DNA from: Pyrodictium delaneyi
GTDB taxonomy: Archaea; Thermoproteota; Thermoprotei_A; Sulfolobales; Pyrodictiaceae
DNA length: 32,000 nucleotides
NCBI RefSeq assembly: GCF_001412615.1
Contig: NZ_CP013011.1
Coordinates: 1,140,001 to 1,172,000, forward strand
Reading direction: 5' to 3'
Part shown: positions 26,780 to 32,000 of the stretch, piece by piece
Layout of the letters: the number at the start of each line of letters is the position of its first letter
How positions within the stretch are numbered: position 1 is the first letter of the stretch
The notes under the pieces: generated by a model
What the model saw: only the letters and a program-made list of their open reading frames with translations
Told to the model about the DNA's origin: nothing
The model's database searches: none
Position numbers and translations under genes: made by a program

Positions 26780-28215
26780 AGCATCTCACCTATAGCTTCG
26801 ACTAGTCTATCGATGTCTTTCATGCTGTGGGCTTCTGTTACGCAGAAAAGCGCAGAGTACTCGTCCATGAGTGGTGGTTTATCTGCCAGAGGGAGACCAC
26901 CCATGATACCCTTCTCGAGGAGTGCTCTGTGTATACTATGGTAGGGCTTTGGGAACCGTGCAGTAAACTCCTTGAAGAACTCTCCGCTAAACTGTGGCGC
27001 CTTTACTCTCTCGAGTTCTCCGAGCCTCTTTGCGGCGTAGTGGCTGCGCAACCATATGCTGCGGGCTAGCTCGCGTAGCTCACTGCCTCCAAGGAGGACC
27101 ATGTATGCTGCAGCGGCTACGGCCATTAACGCCTCGTTACTAGTTATGTTCGACGTCGCTTTCTCGCGGCGGATATGCTGCTCACGTGTCTGTAGAATCA
27201 TTGTAAACCCGTACTCGCTGCCGTCAACGGTCTTCGTCAATCCTATCAGACGGCCGGGCATTTGTCTTACTAGCTTCCGGTCCCACCGTGTGGCAAATAT
27301 CCCTAGGTAGGGGCCTCCATAGTTCAGACCCAGGCCCAGCGGTTGCGCGTCGCCAACAACTATGTCAGCCTCGTAACTCCCCGGCGAGCGCACTATGCCG
27401 AGGCTTAGAGGGTCAACACCTACTATGAATAACGCTTTTCTCCGGTGGACTATCTCGGCTATAGCCTCAACACCATCGTCTATGACTCCAAAGAAGTTTG
27501 GAACCTCTACGTATACAGCAGCAGTGTCGCTATCTATAGTGTTCTCCAGTCGATCTAGGTCTACTTTTCCTGTTTCACGATCAAACTCCACGACCCGAAT
27601 GTCTGCTTCCTTGCCGAGGAGCCATGTCTCTATAACCTCCATGCGCTCAGGGTGTATATTCCCAGCCACCACTATGCGCTTCTTTCTCGTTACGCGCATA
27701 GCTGCTAGTATGGCCTCTGCAGCGGCAGTACTCCAGTCGTACATTGATACGTTAACTACGTCCATCTCTAGAAGATCAGCCATGAGGCTCTGGTATTCGA
27801 AGAACACTTGGAGGAGTCCTTGATTTATTTCAGGCTGGTATGGTGTATACGCTGTGTAGAATTCGCTGCGCGAGAGTATAGCGTCTATAACAGCTGGTAC
27901 GGTATGAAAACAGATGCCTCCTCCGAGGAAGGGTGGCGGGTCAGTGAAGACCTTGTTCTTGGAGAGCATCGAGTCTACCAGCCGCTGAAGCTCCCACTCC
28001 GAGAGCTGGCGTCCGAACCCAACGTTTGGGGGCTCCTTAAGCATTATCTCTGGCGGTACGTCATTGTACAGCTCCATTGCATCGTTTACGCCTATCCGCT
28101 TAAGCATCTCTCTGCGGTCTCTTTCGTTAGCAGCAGGAGCCCATGGAAGTCTCAAAGACTGTGACACCCGGGGCTGTAGGGCGGTATTGCACCAGTTTAT
28201 AGACATAGGATACAT
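26776..28215 (-). CDS. gcvPA: glycine dehydrogenase (decarboxylating) subunit 1
   Basis: LPWAPAANERDRREMLKRIGV.. and YTPYQPEINQGLLQ are hallmark GcvPA motifs. The start may instead be GTG 28167 (MSQSLRLPW..). Confidence 0.95.
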   Translation of the reverse strand: MYPMSINWCNTALQPRVSQSLRLPWAPAANERDRREMLKRIGVNDAMELYNDVPPEIMLKEPPNVGFGRQLSEWELQRLVDSMLSKNKVFTDPPPFLGGGICFHTVPAVIDAILSRSEFYTAYTPYQPEINQGLLQVFFEYQSLMADLLEMDVVNVSMYDWSTAAAEAILAAMRVTRKKRIVVAGNIHPERMEVIETWLLGKEADIRVVEFDRETGKVDLDRLENTIDSDTAAVYVEVPNFFGVIDDGVEAIAEIVHRRKALFIVGVDPLSLGIVRSPGSYEADIVVGDAQPLGLGLNYGGPYLGIFATRWDRKLVRQMPGRLIGLTKTVDGSEYGFTMILQTREQHIRREKATSNITSNEALMAVAAAAYMVLLGGSELRELARSIWLRSHYAAKRLGELERVKAPQFSGEFFKEFTARFPKPYHSIHRALLEKGIMGGLPLADKPPLMDEYSALFCVTEAHSMKDIDRLVEAIGEML

Positions 28216-28280
28216 GGGATCCAGTCCTAACCAAGAAGTAAGTATAATTCAACTAGGTTGTCGTTATTTACTAGAACCCC

Positions 28281-28352
28281 GGGGCTGTGATGAGAGTCAT
28301 GCCACCCGACGCGGAGAGGATGAGGCTAACACCCCTGGGGTAGCAGAGCCCC
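28281..28352 (+). ncRNA. candidate k-turn/C-D-box-like sRNA (atypical)
   Basis: GGGGC-U-GUGAUGA-N12-CCGA-N7-AGGAUGA-N20-CAGA-GCCCC. It has a 5-bp terminal stem, a perfect C box and degenerate D'/C'/D boxes. The second guide spacing (20 nt) is off the archaeal 12-nt rule. Confidence 0.2.
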
Positions 28353-28523
28353 GCATACAAACCCCGTTACCATATAGGCTAGGGTGTCTCGGCTGTAACG
28401 ATTATGATACTATCAGCAGGGTCTACGGGTTCGCTTCCAAACTGGTGATAGTTGAAATATATGGTTAGGCATCTCAAACTGATGTAGCTAGAGGACTTCA
28501 TCGAAAGAGTAGAAGGCCCGCAG

Positions 28524-28645
28524 TGGAGCCGCCGCCGGGATTCGAACCCGGGACCCCCGGCTCCCTCGGAACCCGCGGCTCATCCCGCCAGTGGACGCCA
28601 GCGGGGGCTTACGAGGCCGGTGCTCTACCGCTGAGCTACGGCGGC
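28524..28645 (-). tRNA. tRNA-Thr (anticodon CGU) with a 47-nt intron at 37/38 and encoded CCA
   Basis: The minus strand folds as acceptor GCCGCCG/CGGCGGC, D arm GCUC-AGCGGUA-GAGC and anticodon stem CCGGC/GCCGG with loop CU-CGU-A[intron]A. Variable loop is GGGUC, T arm CCGGG-UUCGAAU-CCCGG, discriminator U, then CCA. Anticodon at 28611-28613 and intron at about 28563-28609. The intron 3' CCGAGG pairs with CCUCG of the anticodon stem/loop (BHB-type helix). Confidence 0.9.
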
Positions 28646-28682
28646 TCCCATGTATAGGCTTGAGTCTACAGTGAGAGGCGGC

Positions 28683-28689
28683 TTTATAG
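28683..28689 (-). promoter_or_regulatory. TATA box for tRNA-Thr
   Basis: The minus strand reads CCCTATAAAGCC about 38-44 nt upstream of the mature tRNA 5' end. Confidence 0.4.
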
Positions 28690-28863
28690 GGTTATCGTGC
28701 AATAATTCATCCTGGAAGCCGATGACGCAACACGCAGGCCTAGTAGACCCTCCCCGATTCTCTAGTGGTGGTGCTGGGGAGGGGATGCTATAGCCCGTCC
28801 ACGGCCGAGGCCTAACTTGGCCCGTGTGTCTACAAAACACGCCATATCTCTATGAGTTAGAAG

Positions 28864-28920
28864 TATCAGCGCTCAGCCTTGTCCTCATAGCCCCTCTGCG
28901 TAGGACGCCTACATCATGAC
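28864..28920 (-). ncRNA. candidate C/D-box sRNA
   Basis: The minus strand reads AUGAUGU(C)-AGGCGUCCUACG(12)-CAGA(D')-GGGGCU-AUGAGGA(C')-CAAGGCUGAGCG(12)-CUGA(D). Size (~55 nt) and 12-nt guide spacings are canonical for archaea. It lies in a 500-nt non-coding spacer. Confidence 0.4.
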
Positions 28921-28942
28921 ATACATCACTCTTGCATTTACC

Positions 28943-28998
28943 TCTTCAGCTCCGGATTCCTCTTCAACGGGGCTCGGGCCGGCCACATTCATCATATA
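28943..28998 (-). ncRNA. candidate C/D-box sRNA
   Basis: The minus strand reads AUGAUGA(C)-AUGUGGCCGGC(11)-CCGA(D')-GCCCCG-UUGAAGA(C')-GGAAUCCGGAG(11)-CUGA(D). It lies 22 nt upstream of the previous candidate on the same strand. Confidence 0.4.
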
Positions 28999-29147
28999 GT
29001 GGGGTCTGGAGATGATGCACCGTCCTCCATTAGGTCTATATGCTCTTATTAAGGGGTTTAGTAGGTCTGGCGCTTGAACTTGAACGGAGGAGGCTCGTAG
29101 CGCGGAGTCTAGTAGCTAATGATAGTTGAGTCTGAGGTGTAGTTGAC

Positions 29148-29897
29148 GTGCTCTCGGAGCGTATGATGCTGCTTGTGAGTCAAATCTACCTCGCAATACT
29201 GTCGCTTGTACTAGCTGTAGCACCACAATACTATATGCTAGTATTTATCATATACTTTATAGCCATAATGGGTCTAGGTATGTATACCGCACGTGGTGGA
29301 GGAGGCACTCGTGTTCCCAGAGAGGAGGTCGAGAAAGCACGTACATTACTAAAAGAGGATAAGGCCTTTGAACTAGCTATGGAGGATGAGGAACTAGTAA
29401 GGCAATTTGCTGGTCAAGCGAAGACAATGCTGATAATGTTTATGCTATTCCCAGTCTACATTGTCATATTTAGAGCTGCAACAACCTACTATAATGACCT
29501 CGTAGCTAGGCTGCAGAGTTTGGGCGTACCCAACGAGACGACAGCAGGATTCATAGTGTGGTTGTCCGTGTTCGAGTCTATGTTCTTGATAAGCCAGTTG
29601 TCTAGGCGGATAGTAGCCAGGAGTGGGCGTGCACAGCCACCAATGGTTCCCCACGGCTTTCGTGTAACCGAGAGGGGGATCATTGTTAAGGGCTCTCTCG
29701 GCCAAGTTATAGGATTTCCGCTTCCTGATGGCAGCGAGGTAAAGCTGAATGAGACTAAGAATTACGTTGAGATAAAGTATCCGCGGGGTAATAGGATAAG
29801 ACTGTATACACGTAAGGCCCGGAAACTATACGAGTACATACAACGCTATGGCATACGCCGGGAAGAAGGCCAGGACAAAGGTACAGAGGCAATCTAG
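29148..29897 (+). CDS. membrane protein with a C-terminal soluble beta-rich domain (possibly DUF2208-like)
   Basis: 249 aa. Two N-terminal and two central TM helices, then a charged C-terminal domain (GFRVTERGIIVKGSLGQVIGFPLPDGSEVKLNETKNYVEIKY). GTG 29148 is preceded by GAGGTG; ATG 29163 is an alternative start. Confidence 0.6.
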   Translation: MLSERMMLLVSQIYLAILSLVLAVAPQYYMLVFIIYFIAIMGLGMYTARGGGGTRVPREEVEKARTLLKEDKAFELAMEDEELVRQFAGQAKTMLIMFMLFPVYIVIFRAATTYYNDLVARLQSLGVPNETTAGFIVWLSVFESMFLISQLSRRIVARSGRAQPPMVPHGFRVTERGIIVKGSLGQVIGFPLPDGSEVKLNETKNYVEIKYPRGNRIRLYTRKARKLYEYIQRYGIRREEGQDKGTEAI

Positions 29898-29940
29898 AGG
29901 CTATAATGTAGTATGGTTAAAGTTTGGTTTAAGTAATGCT

Positions 29941-31092
29941 TTAGATTTTCTGGTCTAGTACCATCCTGTATTCGACTTCGTCGAGATGGTTATCGACTCT
30001 AAGCTTATCCAGCATCTCTTCAAGCCTACTCTTCTCCTTTTCTATTTCGCCTTTGCATCCCTCGCCGACGCGGATAGGTTTGTCTATGCGCGATAGGAGT
30101 ACTACACGGCTTTCTATCTGCTGCGAGAGTATTTTGTATCCGGTTAGCTCGGCGAACTTCTTTGCAAATGCGAGGACCTCTATGTGACGTAGCATGTCCT
30201 TGTTGGAGAGGCGGTGTCGTGCAGCACCGACGTGCATATAGGATTTAAACTCTATGTAAGTAGGCTGTGCGATCTCTACGAGTTTGGCCCAGGCTTTGAG
30301 TGCTGTGTCGTGGATGTTGAAGCTTCTCACTAGTGTGAACCTTATCACTGTAATGCTTGAGAAACTTGGCAACATTTCTAGAGTCTTCAGAGTTAACTCC
30401 CAGGCCCTTGGCACGAGTGGTTTGTCAAACTCGTTGTAGCTCTTCTTGTCCCACGCCTCTATGCTGATATAGAGTTGTGTAGGCTCCTCCTCAAGGTTAG
30501 CCAGTACGTCAGGGCGTACACCACGGGTTACTAGAAATGTTGTAAGGCCGCGTTTATGATACTCGTGTATTAACTCGCCAAGGCGTGGATAAAGTGTGGG
30601 CTCACCGGTGAGACTTATAGCCACGTGGACTGGATTCATTGCTTCTTCCAGCATGCGCTTCATTCTTTCGTCAGCCTTGGGGTGGCCCCAGTAGCCCATA
30701 AGGGATTCTCGATGCGCCTCTATGCTGCCTTCTGCTATGAGGTCGGGGTCGTCTATCCATGGTAGCTTAGTGTCGTCCCAGCGTATGGTGTCTGTTGGGC
30801 GTAGCCTCCAGCAGTGTAGGCATGCATTCCAACACCATAGTGCAGCAGGGCTCATTTGTATATCGCGATGACTCTCTATTCCATAGAACCGGCACTTGTA
30901 GCAGAACCTATTCTCTACAAGAGCCGCGTGTGTCCAATGGCACTTCTTGACGACGCTGTGGCGGCCAACAATTATGTAGCCTTGCCTCTCAAGTATACGG
31001 TATAAGCTGCGGTAAGGTTCTGGAAAATCGTCTATACGATACTTCCATCTCTTATTTCTAACAGTTCTGGGCCTAAAGTCCGCCTGGGTCAT
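29941..31092 (-). CDS. taw1: tRNA 4-demethylwyosine synthase Taw1 (TYW1, radical SAM)
   Basis: Radical-SAM CxxxCxxC (CWNACLHCW). HVAISLTGEPTLYP, PTQLYISIEAWD and IEFKSYMHVG closely follow the archaeal Taw1 sequence as I recall it. The N-terminal auxiliary-cluster region KKCHW..FCYKCRFYGIESHRD is present. Confidence 0.9.
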   Translation of the reverse strand: MTQADFRPRTVRNKRWKYRIDDFPEPYRSLYRILERQGYIIVGRHSVVKKCHWTHAALVENRFCYKCRFYGIESHRDIQMSPAALWCWNACLHCWRLRPTDTIRWDDTKLPWIDDPDLIAEGSIEAHRESLMGYWGHPKADERMKRMLEEAMNPVHVAISLTGEPTLYPRLGELIHEYHKRGLTTFLVTRGVRPDVLANLEEEPTQLYISIEAWDKKSYNEFDKPLVPRAWELTLKTLEMLPSFSSITVIRFTLVRSFNIHDTALKAWAKLVEIAQPTYIEFKSYMHVGAARHRLSNKDMLRHIEVLAFAKKFAELTGYKILSQQIESRVVLLSRIDKPIRVGEGCKGEIEKEKSRLEEMLDKLRVDNHLDEVEYRMVLDQKI

Positions 31093-31294
31093 TCAACCCC
31101 CGTTAACCCTGCTTCACCTCTAGACCCCTAATTAGCAGCTCTGCTGGTAGGGTTTGTCAACTGATTGTCGAGAGAATTTTTAGACATAACTTATTACATT
31201 GCTAGCGACAAGGGGTGTGGTGCACACCCTTTAGCCGACCCCAAGGCGGGATGAGGGGAGTGGCCAGGACCGAACCCCATAAATGTGTACTTAT

Positions 31295-31385
31295 GCTTCA
31301 GTGCTCCGCCTACTCATCACGCCTCTGCAGCCCTTACAATATGGTCGGGTGATGCTTGTCAGACCCAAAGGTCTTCATCATGAAC
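31295..31385 (-). ncRNA. candidate C/D-box sRNA with an unusually long D'-C' spacer
   Basis: The minus strand reads AUGAUGA(31381-31375)-AGACCUUUGGGU(12)-CUGA(31362-31359)-38 nt-GUGAUGA(31320-31314)-GUAGGCGGAGCA(12)-CUGA(31301-31298). All four boxes are consensus and both guides are exactly 12 nt. Confidence 0.35.
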
Positions 31386-31446
31386 ATGCTGAGCCAACAC
31401 CTAGCTGATTATGTGGTAATGTGATGAATTCCCTGTGGTCTGAGCC
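31384..31446 (+). ncRNA. possible C/D-box sRNA (weak C box)
   Basis: The plus strand reads AUGCUGA-GCCAACACCUAG(12)-CUGA-UUAUGUGGUAAU-GUGAUGA(31421-31427)-AUUCCCUGUGGU(12)-CUGA(31440-31443). The 3' half is perfect. The 5' box has C at the critical A4 position. Confidence 0.2.
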
Positions 31447-31496
31447 CCTTATGGTATACCATTCTATTCTATGCAACATATGCAAATATAGTATGT

Positions 31497-31856
31497 CTAG
31501 TTGATATCTATGTGTAGTTGTAACCCATTTTTCTCTACTACATCCCAGAACTCATTAGCAGATCTAATAACCCTTATAGGTTTCCCACGGGTGTTATCTA
31601 GTGCTTCTTCGAGTTCAAGAAGTTTCCTCTTAAATTCTAAACCTCTGCTAAAACCGCCAAGCCCTCGTGTTGAGACCACTCGATGACAGGGGACTATCAC
31701 AAGATCCTTATTCTGACGCATGTACATGCCCACTACTCTGGGTGTGGTCGCGCAAAGTTCTGCTAGAGCCCCATAAGTCACCGTATAGCCCATTGGAACC
31801 ATCATAAGGAGTAAGTAGACTATGTCCTTTCTTGAACGGGGGTCCTTCCAGCTCAC
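31497..31856 (-). CDS. MGMT-family methylated-DNA--protein-cysteine methyltransferase, short form (DNA-binding/active-site domain only)
   Basis: VTYGALAELCATTPRVVGMYMRQNKDLVIVPCHRVV contains the HTH and the PCHRV active-site motif. At 119 aa it lacks the N-terminal Ogt domain and carries a ~35-aa C-terminal extension. Confidence 0.8.
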   Translation of the reverse strand: MSWKDPRSRKDIVYLLLMMVPMGYTVTYGALAELCATTPRVVGMYMRQNKDLVIVPCHRVVSTRGLGGFSRGLEFKRKLLELEEALDNTRGKPIRVIRSANEFWDVVEKNGLQLHIDIN

Positions 31857-32000
31857 CCTCTCCTCACCCTTTACATCTTGATGCTAGGGAGGGTTCATCG
31901 GCATCTTTGCGGGGAGGCCAGTCATCCCCCGTGGTCTCAGCCTTTTGAGATGTACTCTATCAAACCTGTGCAAAACATTTATAAGGGTTTGTACAGAGAT

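Noticed and set aside
28281-28360. H/ACA sRNA interpretation of the GGGGCU...AGCCCC stem followed by ACA
   Set aside because: The GUGAUGA k-turn motif sits directly next to the closing stem rather than at the apex of an upper stem. I could not draw a pseudouridylation pocket or upper stem, and the ACA is 4 nt from the stem rather than adjacent.
28625-28840. 71-aa minus-strand ORF
   Set aside because: Its 3' part overlaps the tRNA-Thr gene on the same strand. The sequence is Pro/Gly/Arg-rich with no motif, and the tRNA call explains that part of the region.
31428-31943. Direct repeat CC(C/T)GTGGTCT(G/C)AGCC on both sides of the MGMT-like gene (31431-31446 and 31927-31942), considered as att-like duplication
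   Set aside because: It is only 14/16 identical, was noticed post hoc, and has no integrase or other mobile-element gene. One copy coincides with the guide/D box of a C/D candidate. The evidence is insufficient.

Overview
Densely coded archaeal chromosomal segment. Gene content points to a hyperthermophilic crenarchaeon of the Desulfurococcales/Pyrodictiaceae type; that placement is inference. Supporting genes are PriL, NucS, S25e, Taw1, a FlaI/FlaJ-like pair and a tRNA with a bulge-helix-bulge intron. My hand counts put GC at about 50-60%, except for one clearly AT-rich gene. Housekeeping content: MetRS, split glycine dehydrogenase GcvPA/GcvPB, primase large subunit, NucS/EndoMS, ribosomal protein S25e, an NFACT/Rqc2 homologue, Taw1, a short MGMT-type methyltransferase, a pfkB kinase and tRNA-Thr(CGU) with a 47-nt intron. 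The accessory-looking part is a cell-envelope block at about 3.5-14.4 kb. It holds a translationally coupled UPF0104 membrane protein / GT4 glycosyltransferase / CE4 deacetylase operon, a coiled-coil protein and an AT-rich ~1130-aa membrane-anchored protein rich in N-glycosylation sequons. Divergent from that protein is a type-IV-pilus/archaellum-class ATPase with a FlaJ/TadC-like polytopic partner, and I find no prepilin or prepilin peptidase nearby. This is the best candidate for an uncharacterised system. Three long non-coding spacers (28.2-28.5 kb, 28.65-29.15 kb, 31.1-31.5 kb) carry several box C - N11/12 - box D units that look like unannotated C/D-box sRNAs, one with an unusual architecture. 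I saw no rRNA, CRISPR array, transposase/IS or integrase. All family assignments come from motif recognition by eye, not database searches.
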